The notes beneath the pieces are model-generated. The model searched no databases and was not told where the DNA came from. It was given only the letters and a program-made list of their open reading frames with translations. A DNA stretch of 64,000 nt from Alphaproteobacteria bacterium (lineage in GTDB: Bacteria > Pseudomonadota > Alphaproteobacteria > MPNO01 > UBA830), in contig OZ251539.1 in NCBI GenBank assembly GCA_965243135.1, positions 1,664,001-1,728,000 of the forward strand, read 5' to 3'. Positions within the stretch are counted from its first letter, which is position 1, and every line of letters starts with the position of its first letter. The translations under genes and the position numbers were made by a program. Below are positions 46,312 through 56,409 of the stretch, piece by piece.

Positions 46312-46413
46312 TCCACGTCCGACAATCCGAATCCATTTGTGTTGTAATTCGACAACATCAGCGCGGATGCCGCCGAGGACCTCCAGCCCATCGGCATTTG
46401 AGAAGTCATCCTG

Positions 46414-46977
46414 TCAGTTTGGATCTTTATTGGAACATGCATGCCAGCATCTTTCCTCACAATCGTGCCAGCAGTTTTGCTCGCCCGTCCGATCCATCCT
46501 TTCCCTGAACGTTTCCTTGTATAAGAGCTTTGTTTTTTCGAAGGCCCTTTTCAGGTTTGCGGCATCCTCTTCTCCTCTCATGCCAAAATAAGGGAAGTGA
46601 TGAAAATATCCCCCAAAAATGTTATCACTATCACGGCAATAAGCACGTGTATCCAAGATGTGATAATGCCACATTGTGTCCATGATTTTGTTTGGGACAA
46701 TTGAGTGATCTGGGTAAGGAAATCTGCGGCACAAAGTAAGATATCTCTTGTACTCTATCTCTCCATCATCACATTGTTCTTTTGTCCAACTAACACCTTC
46801 CTCAACTTCCATCATCTTCGTTTTCACCATTTCAAGATCGATTTCAGCAATATCAGCATCGATGCGTTTGGATAGAAGAAATTCTATTCTTGGCATACTG
46901 ATCTTGTTCGTCATGAACACCGGATTGGGCAAGGAATTTCGGGTTTCCGTTCCGATTTTTTGAGTTAGTCCCGTCAT
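46414..46977 (-). CDS. GRDP-like (DUF1399-type) His-rich protein with C-terminal CWHDCEERCWHAC tail
   Basis: W....D..E.EYKRYL.L, IVPNK.MD.MWHYHILDT..Y, FG.YFHHFPYFG. GGAGA RBS directly after the upstream gene stop. AT-rich. Confidence 0.8.
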   Translation of the reverse strand: MTGLTQKIGTETRNSLPNPVFMTNKISMPRIEFLLSKRIDADIAEIDLEMVKTKMMEVEEGVSWTKEQCDDGEIEYKRYLTLCRRFPYPDHSIVPNKIMDTMWHYHILDTRAYCRDSDNIFGGYFHHFPYFGMRGEEDAANLKRAFEKTKLLYKETFRERMDRTGEQNCWHDCEERCWHACSNKDPN

Positions 46978-46989
46978 GGTTCATTCTCC

Positions 46990-47634
46990 TTAGTTAGACA
47001 GGTTGCTAGATGGGTAACGAGTGATCCAATAGCGCTTCAAAAAACGCTTCGGATCAGAAAACGCGTGACGACCATGCAATATTCTTCCGTTATCGACTAC
47101 CAACACATCGTCTGTAAGCATTTTAAACTCTGCAATCTTACATTCAGGCAAATTTTCATGAAACCGTGTGACCGATTCCTTTTGTAAAGGCGACAAATTA
47201 TGTTCCCGAACTAACCAGAAACTATAATAGATTTTAACCACTCCGTTCGCTATCTTTACCAGCGGGTGGTTCCCCTCATCATTTGCAAATACTTTATGTT
47301 CAAATAGATATATACTGGACAAGGCTTGCCGTTGTATTGGCGACAATTTTAGATACGCTGCTCGGGCATCTGCAAGGACAGTTTCACCACCTTCTTTTGA
47401 CGATCTAATGCAGATCCAAGCGACGTAATCTGCCTTCGGATGATCTGTATGGAAGCCTAGTGCCCGATTAGAGGTAACCAGATTCTCATTTTTCAAGTTT
47501 ACTTTCACATCAGTGATGTAGATTATTTCGCCCAATTGATTTGCAATGATATCCAATCCTTCCTGTCCCACACGCTCAAGAAGTGCGTACCCCATTTCAT
47601 GTAATTGTGCCATTGTACCATTTATCTTCATCAA
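46990..47634 (-). CDS. TauD/TfdA (clavaminate synthase-like) Fe(II)/2-oxoglutarate dioxygenase
   Basis: HTD facial-triad start, GGETVLAD, VVDNGRILHGR, and RFLKR (2OG-binding Arg). AT-rich, compact 214 aa. Confidence 0.88.
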   Translation of the reverse strand: MMKINGTMAQLHEMGYALLERVGQEGLDIIANQLGEIIYITDVKVNLKNENLVTSNRALGFHTDHPKADYVAWICIRSSKEGGETVLADARAAYLKLSPIQRQALSSIYLFEHKVFANDEGNHPLVKIANGVVKIYYSFWLVREHNLSPLQKESVTRFHENLPECKIAEFKMLTDDVLVVDNGRILHGRHAFSDPKRFLKRYWITRYPSSNLSN

Positions 47635-48449
47635 TTTCTCGTTAGCTCAGTTAATGTCCGTTCGTGAAGTGACAGCCTATTCGTCGAGGGGTCGCTTTCG
47701 ACCCCTTCAAAGATCTGGCGGCGTCTTGGATCGGGAGAGGGCGTTCGTTCCGGGCATCGGATTTGTTCGGTCCCCCCATGCACGGCTCCTCCGTCGGGCA
47801 GGCCCGGCAACGGAAGGTTTCGAGCGGTATTCCGCACGGAAGGTCTCGGGCGGATCGGACGCGATGCGCAGGGATCGGTGTCGATCGCCGGGCAGTCGTC
47901 GTTCGAACGGAGCGAGGAGTAGGCGAGAGCGGTGCCCCGGGATCGGCTCCCATCAATCGTCAGGGTCGGGTTACGACAGTGTGCTCCGAGGTCACCGAGC
48001 CTGTCCGGTAGCGCGCTCTTCCGAGTCGCGATGCCGGAGCCGGAGACAGCGAGCGATGAACTCGTTCCGGCGAGGGTCGACAGCGACGAGTTCGGACATC
48101 GGCAAGACGTTGGGGTGGGCAGGAAAGGCTGTTGGTCGGTCGCGGACGCGCTGACCTCATGCACACCCACCCTTGACGACAGCCGTTCAAAATCGCTCAA
48201 CACTGTCCGCATAGAATCACTTTCGACCCGTGTAGATGGAAAAATAGCACAACCGCTTCGTGGAAGTAACAATTATTTGGCGGGAACCTTGGTACGGTCC
48301 CTCCTGGAAACGCGACTACGACCGTCGCCCTACATGGAGCGGATTTACAGCTCCGCCAACAACGCTTAGGATAGGAACGTTCGTTCCGGCAGGGAACGAT
48401 GCCCGCGACAGAGTCGCCGAACTCGCCCACCGAGCAGGGATCCCGGGAC

Positions 48450-50792
48450 ATGGAGCACAAAGGCGTCGGCGGCAGCGTTCCGCGAAAGGAGGACGACCGG
48501 TTCCTTAACGGCGCCGGCCAGTACATCCCCGATCTCAAATTCCCAGGCATGTGGCATGCCGCCTTTTGCAGGAGTCAGCTCGCGCATGCGCGGCTGGTCC
48601 GGGTAGCGCCGCCGAAAGAGGCGCAGAAGCAGGTCTTCACGGTCAAGGACTTGGACGGCGTCAAGCCCATTCGGTCGACGGCCGCGCTTCCGGGTTTCCA
48701 GGGAGCGGATTTTGCGGTTCTCGCGGGAGAAAAGGCGCGTTACGTCGGCGAGCAGATCGCGATGGCGGTCGCCCCCACCCGCGCCGAAGCGGAAGACATC
48801 GCGGAGGCCATCGAGGTCGAATACGACGAATTGCCGGCAATCGTCACGACCGAGGACGCGCTTTCGCCCGACATGCCGCTCGTTCACGAACATTGGAACA
48901 GTAACGTGGTCTGCGAGACGGTGTTCGAAAACGGCGACATGGACGCCGCCAAGGCGGCGGCGGATCACGTAATCACCCGGCGCTTCGACATGGCGCGGCA
49001 AACGCCGATGCCCATGGAGGGACGAGGCGTCTGCGCGCAGCCCGACCGACGCACGGACGAGTTGATGGTGTGGATGTCGAACCAGTTGCCGCATCCCATG
49101 CAGCGAGGGTTGGCGAAGTTTCTCGGACTCGACATCAACCGCGTGCGCGTGATCTGCCCCGACGTCGGAGGCGGCTTCGGCCTCAAGACCTATCTCGACG
49201 GCGAAAGCGTCGCCGTCGCATGGGCCGCCCTGCATCTCGGGCGCCCGATCAAGTGGGTGCAGGACCGATTCGAACACCTCGTCACCGACGCCGACTGCCG
49301 AGAGCACGAAGTGTCAATCAGCATGTATGTCGATAGCGAGGGTCGCATTCTCGGGATCGAAGGCGAGTACCTCGTCGATGCCGGCGCGTACTCGCCGTGG
49401 CCGTGGCCGGTCGGCGTCGAGGCCGCCACCGGCATCGGAAACCTCCAGGGGCCCTACGACGTGCCGGCGTTTCGAGGGCGCTCGATCACGATCTGCACCA
49501 ACAAGCCTGCCAGCCAGCCGTTCAGGGGAGTCGCTCGCCCGGGCGTCTGCTTCTCCGGCGAACTGACGCTGGACGCCGCCGCGCGCAAGGTCGGCCGGGA
49601 ACCGTGGGACGTGAGACTGGACAATCTCGTGAAGCCCGAGCAGATGCCCTACGAAACCGTGACGCGCAAGCGCCTCGACAGCGGCGACTATCCTGAAGCC
49701 ATGCGGCGTTGCATGGCCGCGATCGACGTCGATGCCGTCCGTCGGCGCCAGAAGTCGAAGGAGCCGGACGGCCGCAGGATCGGCGTCGGCTTCGCGGCGT
49801 TTTACGAGCAGACCGCCTACGGCACGGGCCCGCAGGGCTATTCCGCCTGGGGCATCGAACTCGTGCCGGGCATGGAGATGGCCAGCGTAAAGCTGACGGC
49901 GGACGGGGGGATCTGGGCGTCCGTCGGCATCCACTCCCACGGCCAAGGCCTCGAAACGACGCTGGCGCAGGTCGTGACGTCGGTGCTCGGCGTCGACCCT
50001 GATCGGGTGGCTATCCGCTACGGAGACACCGCGACGGCGTATGCCGGCACCGGCACCTACGCATCGCGCAGCATCGTCGTCGCCGGCGGCGCCGTCGCCC
50101 AGACCTGCCGGGAACTCATCCCCCGCCTCGAGCGCATCGGCGCGCACCTGCTTCAGTGCGAAGAATCCGAGGCGAGAGTCGAGGGCGGGCGGGTTTTCGG
50201 GCCAGGCGGCTCCGTTGGATTCGACGCCATTGCCGAGGCCTTCTACCATCATCCGGAAGATCTTCCGGACGACGCTGATCGCAACGGGCTTACCGCCACG
50301 ACGGGTTACAACGACGAAGTGCACGGCGGCGTATTCGGTTTCGGCGCGCACGGCGCGGTCGTCGCCGTCGACACGGAGACGGGACAGGTCGAAATTCTCG
50401 ACTACGCGATCGTCGGAGACTGCGGCACGATGGTCAATCCGGCGATCGTAAAGGGTCAGGTCATCGGCGGTTACGCCCAAGGCATCGGCAATGCGCTGTA
50501 CGAGGAATCGAGATACGACCCGAACGGCCAGCCCCTTTCGGTGACGCTCGCCGACTACCACGTTCCCGCCGCTCCGATGATTCCGGACTGCAAGTACGAA
50601 CACATGGAGACTCCGTCTCCATACACGACCTTCGGCGTGAAGGGCGTCGGCGAATCCGGCGCCATCGGCCCGCTCGGCGCCGTCGGCAACGCGATCAACG
50701 ACGCGCTTGCCGACCTCGGCGCGGAGGTGAACGAGACGCCGATCACGCCGCGTCGGCTCTGCGCGGCGATCGCCGGGGGAGCGCGCCCATGA
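48450..50792 (+). CDS. Xanthine dehydrogenase-family molybdopterin-binding large subunit (CoxL-like, not a true CO dehydrogenase)
   Basis: RKEDDRFL.G.G.Y, PDVGGGFGLK, HSHGQGLETT, GTYASRS, GVKGVGESG. The active-site loop is QPFRGVAR. Confidence 0.92.
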   Translation: MEHKGVGGSVPRKEDDRFLNGAGQYIPDLKFPGMWHAAFCRSQLAHARLVRVAPPKEAQKQVFTVKDLDGVKPIRSTAALPGFQGADFAVLAGEKARYVGEQIAMAVAPTRAEAEDIAEAIEVEYDELPAIVTTEDALSPDMPLVHEHWNSNVVCETVFENGDMDAAKAAADHVITRRFDMARQTPMPMEGRGVCAQPDRRTDELMVWMSNQLPHPMQRGLAKFLGLDINRVRVICPDVGGGFGLKTYLDGESVAVAWAALHLGRPIKWVQDRFEHLVTDADCREHEVSISMYVDSEGRILGIEGEYLVDAGAYSPWPWPVGVEAATGIGNLQGPYDVPAFRGRSITICTNKPASQPFRGVARPGVCFSGELTLDAAARKVGREPWDVRLDNLVKPEQMPYETVTRKRLDSGDYPEAMRRCMAAIDVDAVRRRQKSKEPDGRRIGVGFAAFYEQTAYGTGPQGYSAWGIELVPGMEMASVKLTADGGIWASVGIHSHGQGLETTLAQVVTSVLGVDPDRVAIRYGDTATAYAGTGTYASRSIVVAGGAVAQTCRELIPRLERIGAHLLQCEESEARVEGGRVFGPGGSVGFDAIAEAFYHHPEDLPDDADRNGLTATTGYNDEVHGGVFGFGAHGAVVAVDTETGQVEILDYAIVGDCGTMVNPAIVKGQVIGGYAQGIGNALYEESRYDPNGQPLSVTLADYHVPAAPMIPDCKYEHMETPSPYTTFGVKGVGESGAIGPLGAVGNAINDALADLGAEVNETPITPRRLCAAIAGGARP

Positions 50793-51634
50793 AGCCCGCG
50801 CCGTTCGAGTTCGCCCGTGCGCGAAATCTGGACGAGGCGGTTCGCCTTCTCGGCGCGAGCGCCGGGGAAGCGCGCCCCTACGCCGGCGGACAATCGCTCG
50901 GTCCGATGTTGAATTTCAGGCTCGCGCGGCCGCGGCTGCTTGTCGATATATCGAAAATCGACGCGCTCGGAGCGGTCGAGGCGGACGAAGGAGGCGTGAC
51001 CGTCGGGGCGACGACCGTGCATGCCGATTTCGAAGACGGCGTCGTGCCGGACGTCGCCAACGGCCTGTTGCGCCGGGCGGCTTCGGGCATAGCGTATCGC
51101 GCGGTGCGCAATCGGGGGACCCTGGGCGGCAGCCTCGCCCATGCCGACCCGGCAGCCGACTGGCCGCCGGTCATGATCGCGCTCGACGCGTCGATCCGGT
51201 TCCGCAACGCCGCCGGAGACCACGAAACGACCGCTTCGGAATTCGTCACGGGCAACTTGACGACGGTGCTGGAACAGGGCGACGTCATCCGGTCGATCCG
51301 GATTCCGCGCCTGTCGCCCGGCGGGCGCTGGGGGCACTGCAAGATCTGCGTGAAGCCGGGAGATTTCGCGGAATCGCTCTGCGTCGTCGTTTTGGATCCG
51401 CCTCGGCATCGCGTCGTGCTCGCCGGTCCCGCAACCCCTCCCCTCCGTCTTGCCGGCGTCGAGGAGCTGATCGTCGGCGCCGAAGGCTGGTCGTCCGCGC
51501 TTGCGGAAAGCCTCAAGGCGAAAGCCGGCGAGGAAGTCCGGCGAAGCGGGTTCGTCGAAAAGGACGACCATTATGCTGTCAATCTTCACGGGACCGCCGT
51601 CGCGCGCGCGGCGCGGGAGGCCATGAACCGATGA
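50789..51634 (+). CDS. Molybdenum hydroxylase FAD-binding medium subunit (CoxM-like)
   Basis: MKPAPFE, AGGQSLGPMLNFRLARP, VRNRGTLGGSLAHADPAAD. Confidence 0.93.
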   Translation: MKPAPFEFARARNLDEAVRLLGASAGEARPYAGGQSLGPMLNFRLARPRLLVDISKIDALGAVEADEGGVTVGATTVHADFEDGVVPDVANGLLRRAASGIAYRAVRNRGTLGGSLAHADPAADWPPVMIALDASIRFRNAAGDHETTASEFVTGNLTTVLEQGDVIRSIRIPRLSPGGRWGHCKICVKPGDFAESLCVVVLDPPRHRVVLAGPATPPLRLAGVEELIVGAEGWSSALAESLKAKAGEEVRRSGFVEKDDHYAVNLHGTAVARAAREAMNR

Positions 51635-52098
51635 TTCGGACCTCGTTCACGATCAACGGCCGGCATCTGTCCGCCGAGGTGGAGCCGCGCCTGTCCCTCG
51701 CCGACTTCCTTCGGGATCGCGAGGATCTGACCGGAACTCACACCGCTTGCGAACACGGCGTTTGCGGCGCGTGCACGCTGTTGATCGACGGCAAGCCCGC
51801 CCGTTCCTGCATAACGCTGGCCGCCGCGGTCGACGGAAGCGAGATAAGGACCGTCGAAGGCTACGACGGCGATGCGGAGATGGCCGCCATCCGCAAGGCC
51901 TTCAAGGAAGCGCATGCGGTTCAGTGCGGATACTGCACGCCTGGCATGCTTGCCACCGCCTACGACATCGTAAACCGGTTGCCCGATGCCGATCGCGATC
52001 GCATCAAGCGCGAACTGGCGGGCAATCTTTGTCGTTGCACCGGCTACCTTCAGATCGTCGACGCAATCCAGCTGGCGCTTCGCGAAATTCACGGCTGA
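51631..52098 (+). CDS. Molybdenum hydroxylase 2Fe-2S small subunit (CoxS-like)
   Basis: CEHGVCGACT, QCGYCTPG, NLCRCTGY. Confidence 0.95.
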   Translation: MIRTSFTINGRHLSAEVEPRLSLADFLRDREDLTGTHTACEHGVCGACTLLIDGKPARSCITLAAAVDGSEIRTVEGYDGDAEMAAIRKAFKEAHAVQCGYCTPGMLATAYDIVNRLPDADRDRIKRELAGNLCRCTGYLQIVDAIQLALREIHG

Positions 52099-52109
52099 CA
52101 GCCCCGCGA

Positions 52110-52137
52110 CGCCCGCCGCCGAAATCGGCGGCGGGCG
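52110..52137 (+). terminator. GC-rich hairpin after the Mo-hydroxylase operon
   Basis: Perfect 12-bp stem CGCCCGCCGCCG-AAAT-CGGCGGCGGGCG, with no immediately adjacent U-tract. Confidence 0.5.
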
Positions 52138-52693
52138 CTACCGAACCGACGGCAACCTCGTTTTTTCGCAGCCCGGAGCGGCGCTTCGAAAGTTAATTTT
52201 TCAGGTCATAATTGGTATACAGCCATTTGAATTCGATGATTTTCTGTCCGGTTCGAAGATCTCGTTCCGTATGCGGACTGGCTTGGTTTGAATTATGCAC
52301 GCTTCCCTTGCGCAGAGTTGTTCGACGACGCGAAGGAACGGTGCGGTTCCGAGAACGATAAAAATCGGCATTACATCAAAAAATTAGGGACAATCTCTGC
52401 GCCCGCTGGTCATCGCGTGCCCTACGCGAATCGACCCTTCGAATTTCGTAAACGAAGGTCTCGCGCGAACGGGCGAGCGCGCCGTCGCAGTCGCAGGCGG
52501 CCCCGGTCGCGCACGATTCCGGTCGTTTTTCTCGCGCGCCGGCCAATGGGCCGGCGGTCTCGAAGCGAGTCTCCTCGAGCGTTCCGGAGCCTCGCTGGAA
52601 CGCATCCGCCCGGACGCGCAAGGGCGCGCTGGAAAGTGGCGGAGGAAGCGCTTACGCTGTATAATATTGGACGCCGCAAGCTGGGAAAGATAA

Positions 52694-53419
52694 ATGCCGC
52701 TCTGGAGCAAGCGCATCGGCGGAATCAGTCCGACCGTCATGGAGGTCGTGACGTGGGATTACTATCGCATGGCGCCCGCGGAGATTGGTTTCGTCGGCAT
52801 CACCTCGAACATCGATTTCTGGGACGACAAAAACTTTGACCGGGCGCTCGATTCGCTCTCGCGGGCGGCCGACTATCTCGCGGCGCGGGCGGTCGACTTC
52901 ATCGTTCACTTCGGGACGCCGCTCGTGGTCAGCCGCGGACCTGGCTACGATGCCGAAGTCATCGGAATGATCGAAAAAGGCACGGGCGTTCCGGCGACGA
53001 CCTCGATCCGCTCGGCCATCGACGCGCTCGGTTTTCTCGGCGTGGAGCGGATAGCCGTCGCGTCGCCTTATCCGAGCGAAATCAACGACAGGGTTGAAAG
53101 CTATCTGACGGCCGCAGGTTTCTCCGTCGCCGCCTGCGCCACCATGGATGTCCGCTTTCGCGGGCTGCACGACACCGATCCGTCGTCGATCCGCGATTTC
53201 GCGATTCGCACGCTGGAGGACGCGGCCGACGCCGACGCGCTCTATATCCCCTGCCCGCAATGGCCGGCCGCCGACGCCGTCGTCGCCATCGAGGAGGAAA
53301 CGGGCAAGACGGTGGTCGCGAGCGACCCTGCCGACTTCTTCGCGGCGTTCCGCGGGGTCGGCATGACCCGGCCGATTTCCGGCTTCGGCCGCTTGTTGGA
53401 CCGCCTGGGCGCGGCGTAA
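52694..53419 (+). CDS. Asp/Glu racemase superfamily protein (maleate isomerase / arylmalonate decarboxylase-like)
   Basis: TGVPATTS..SA..AL..LG..RIAVASPY, ADALYIPCPQW, IEEETGKTVVAS. Confidence 0.85.
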   Translation: MPLWSKRIGGISPTVMEVVTWDYYRMAPAEIGFVGITSNIDFWDDKNFDRALDSLSRAADYLAARAVDFIVHFGTPLVVSRGPGYDAEVIGMIEKGTGVPATTSIRSAIDALGFLGVERIAVASPYPSEINDRVESYLTAAGFSVAACATMDVRFRGLHDTDPSSIRDFAIRTLEDAADADALYIPCPQWPAADAVVAIEEETGKTVVASDPADFFAAFRGVGMTRPISGFGRLLDRLGAA

Positions 53420-53441
53420 GGCCGACCACCCCGAAGGGAAA

Positions 53442-53518
<77 letters not shown>

Positions 53519-53524
53519 ACCGGC

Positions 53525-53920
53525 TCAGGCAAGGCTATTCTTCAACATATCGCGCAAGTTTTCAAGCTCGTCGAGCGCGTTTTTTACGGCTTCGCGTTTT
53601 TCGTCGGAAAGGCTCGCGGCCGCTGCCGCCCTGCTGCGAACGTCGGCTTCGTCGTCCTCCAGAAGCTTCTGAACGCCGCGAATCGTGTATCCTTCGGTGT
53701 AAAGCAGTTCTCGAATGCCGCGCAACAGTTCGATGTCCTCCGGCCGGTAGTACCGCCGTCCGCCGTTCTGCTTCACCGGCTTGATATGCAGAAACTTTTT
53801 TTCCCAGAACCTCAATACGTGAGGCTCAAGATCAAGCTCCGCCGCCGCCTCGCTGATGGTCCGGAACGCTGTCGGAGACTTGTCGGCGCGCCGCTTTCCG
53901 GACGTCTCCGGCATCGTCAT
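53525..53920 (-). CDS. MerR-family transcriptional regulator
   Basis: AFRTISE...[28 protein letters not shown]. Canonical ihfA-merR-tRNA-Pro position. Confidence 0.93.
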   Translation of the reverse strand: MTMPETSGKRRADKSPTAFRTISEAAAELDLEPHVLRFWEKKFLHIKPVKQNGGRRYYRPEDIELLRGIRELLYTEGYTIRGVQKLLEDDEADVRSRAAAAASLSDEKREAVKNALDELENLRDMLKNSLA

Positions 53921-53947
53921 CGCCCCCTGCCCGCATCTGGCCGATCC

Positions 53948-54262
53948 TCATTCCTCGGACGGGGGCTCGGCGGCATCGTTGACTCTTTTCTTCAGCACGG
54001 TGGAGGGGCGAAACTTGAGAACCCGGCGCGGCCTGATGACCGCTCCTTCGCCCGTCCTCGGGTTGCGGCCCATTCGCTCCCCCTTTTCGCGGACGGAAAA
54101 GGTTCCGAACGAGGAAATTTTCACGCTCTCCCCGTCGACCAGGGCGTCCGCGATTTCCTCGAGCATGTCCTCGACGAGCCTGTTCGACCAATTTCGCGAC
54201 AATCCGAGTTCCTGATACACCGCTTCGCTCAGATCGGCCCGCGTAACCGTTTTTTCCTCCAT
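53948..54262 (-). CDS. ihfA: Integration host factor subunit alpha
   Basis: [39 protein letters not shown]. Confidence 0.95.
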   Translation of the reverse strand: MEEKTVTRADLSEAVYQELGLSRNWSNRLVEDMLEEIADALVDGESVKISSFGTFSVREKGERMGRNPRTGEGAVIRPRRVLKFRPSTVLKKRVNDAAEPPSEE

Positions 54263-54367
54263 GACGCTCCCCTGCTTCATGACCTCGGAAGGATACGCCC
54301 ACAAGGTAATTCGGTCAACGAGATACCGGCTGCGGCAAGGTCTCCCGCGAAAGCGGTCGCCCGGCGG

Positions 54368-55342
54368 TCACCATCGCAAAACGCTGGCGCCCCACGTGAA
54401 ACCGCCGCCCATCGCTTCGAGCACGACCACGTCGCCTTTTTCGATCCGGCCGTCGGACACCGCTTCGTTCAGAGCCAGCGGCACCGACGCGGCCGAAGTG
54501 TTGGCGTGGCGATCGATGGTCACGACGATATTCTCTTCCGCCAGTTTCAGCCTGCGCGCCGTCGAAGCGATGATGCGCCTGTTCGCCTGGTGCGGAACCA
54601 GCCAGTCGACGTCTTCGTGGCCGAGTCCGGCCGCGGTCAGGGCCTCGTCGATGACGTCCGACAGATTCTTGACCGCGTGCCGGAAGACTTCCCGGCCGTC
54701 CATTCTCAGATGGCCGACGGTCCGGGTCGAGGACGGGCCGCCGTCCACATACAGAAGATCGTGCAATCGCCCGTCCGAATGCAGGCAGTTCGACAGAACG
54801 CCCCGGTCGGCCGAGTCGCCCTTGCCTTCCGAGGCGCTGAACACCAGCGCCCCGGCTCCGTCTCCGAAAAGGACGCAGGTGGACCGGTCGGTCCAGTCGA
54901 GTATGCGGGAGAACGTTTCCGCGCCGATCACCAGCACGTTGCCGGCCTGCCCGAGGCGTATGAAGTTGTCCGCGAGGTTCACGGCGTAGACGAAGCCCGA
55001 GCATACGGCGTGCACGTCGAAGGCGGCGCCCCGGCTCATCCCGAGCGCGGCCTGCACGACCGTGGCGGTGGACGGAAAGGTTTCGTCCGGAGTGGCCGTG
55101 GCGAGGACGATCAGATCGATGTCGTCGGCTGCGAGTCCGGCGCCGTCGATCGCCGCCTGCGCCGCCGCGACCGCCAGATCGGAGGTCTTCTCGCCCTCTC
55201 CGGCCAGGTGCCGACGATGAATGCCCGTCCGCTGCACGATCCATTCATGCGAGGTGTCTACGCGCTGCGCAAGCTCGTGGTTGGTGACGACGCGAGCGGG
55301 CAAATGGGCGCCGCACCCCGTGACGACCGCGCGCAACGCCAT
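54368..55342 (-). CDS. fabH: 3-oxoacyl-ACP synthase III
   Basis: [42 protein letters not shown]. Confidence 0.97.
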   Translation of the reverse strand: MALRAVVTGCGAHLPARVVTNHELAQRVDTSHEWIVQRTGIHRRHLAGEGEKTSDLAVAAAQAAIDGAGLAADDIDLIVLATATPDETFPSTATVVQAALGMSRGAAFDVHAVCSGFVYAVNLADNFIRLGQAGNVLVIGAETFSRILDWTDRSTCVLFGDGAGALVFSASEGKGDSADRGVLSNCLHSDGRLHDLLYVDGGPSSTRTVGHLRMDGREVFRHAVKNLSDVIDEALTAAGLGHEDVDWLVPHQANRRIIASTARRLKLAEENIVVTIDRHANTSAASVPLALNEAVSDGRIEKGDVVVLEAMGGGFTWGASVLRW

Positions 55343-56382
55343 CAAGAGACGGCCGCCGCGGCGGGCGTCGACCGAAAACCGCCGGACGCCTTCAGCCCCT
55401 CGGTGATCTTTTGGTTGAAGCCGTTCGCCGCCATGTCCACCGCGACTCCGATCGCGTTGGCGAAGCCGAAGGCGTCGGTTCCGCCGTGGCTCTTGACCGC
55501 GATGCCGGTCAGTCCGAGGAACATGGCGCCGTTGTATCGCCGCGGGTCCAGGCGCGCGCGCATCTTGCGCACGCCCCGGCGAGCGAGCAGATATCCGATG
55601 CGGGCGGCGAAGGAACTGCGGAACGCCTCTCCCACGAACCGCGTGATCAGTTGCGCCGCCCCTTCGGTGGTCTTGAGGGCTATGTTGCCCGTGAAGCCGT
55701 CCGATACGATCACGTCCGTCGTTCCCGCCGCGATGTCGTTGCCTTCCACGAAACCTTGGAAATTCAGCGTCAGATCGCGCAGGCAGGCGGCGGCCTCCTG
55801 GATTTCCGCGTGCCCCTTGATTTCCTCCGAGCCCACGTTCAACAGGGCGCAGGAGGGATTTACGGTTCCCAGAACGGTGCGCGCGAAGACGTCGCCCATG
55901 ATGCAGAACTGAACGAGATTCCCGGCGTCGCATTCGAGGTTCGCGCCGAGATCGAGCATCACGCTCTCGCCGCGCAGCGTCGGAAAGATCCCCGCGATCG
56001 CCGGCCTGTCGATCCCCGGCATTGTCCGCAGCGCGAGTTTCGCCATTGCCATCAGAGCGCCGGTGTTGCCTGCCGACACGATGCCGGCCGCCTGACCGTC
56101 GCGGACCGCGTTGATCGCCAGCTGCATGCTCGATGCGCGTCCCTTGCGCAGCGCGACGGAAACCTTCGTGTCGTTGCCGACGACGTCGTCGGTGTGGGTG
56201 ACCTCGGTGATCTGCGCGAGCTTTTTCCGGCGCCGGAGCAACCGCCCGATCTGCTGCTCGTCGCCGAACATGAGATAGCGGACTCCCGGAAAGCGCCGCC
56301 GTGCGAGCTCGGCGCCGCTGATCACGATTCGCGGCGCGTTGTCGCCGCCCATGGCGTCGAGGGCGATCGTCAGGGAATCCAC
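55342..56382 (-). CDS. plsX: Phosphate acyltransferase
   Basis: [34 protein letters not shown]. Confidence 0.97.
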   Translation of the reverse strand: MDSLTIALDAMGGDNAPRIVISGAELARRRFPGVRYLMFGDEQQIGRLLRRRKKLAQITEVTHTDDVVGNDTKVSVALRKGRASSMQLAINAVRDGQAAGIVSAGNTGALMAMAKLALRTMPGIDRPAIAGIFPTLRGESVMLDLGANLECDAGNLVQFCIMGDVFARTVLGTVNPSCALLNVGSEEIKGHAEIQEAAACLRDLTLNFQGFVEGNDIAAGTTDVIVSDGFTGNIALKTTEGAAQLITRFVGEAFRSSFAARIGYLLARRGVRKMRARLDPRRYNGAMFLGLTGIAVKSHGGTDAFGFANAIGVAVDMAANGFNQKITEGLKASGGFRSTPAAAAVS

Positions 56383-56409
56383 AGGGTTTCTCCGCGCGCC
56401 ACGAACGTC

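Noticed and set aside
46430-46475. c-type heme-binding motif in the CWHDC tail
   Set aside because: The spacing is CxxxC with His inside rather than CxxCH, and the protein has no signal peptide.
48450-52098. Aerobic CO dehydrogenase
   Set aside because: It lacks the AYxCSFR and AYxGAGR loops and the cox accessory genes.
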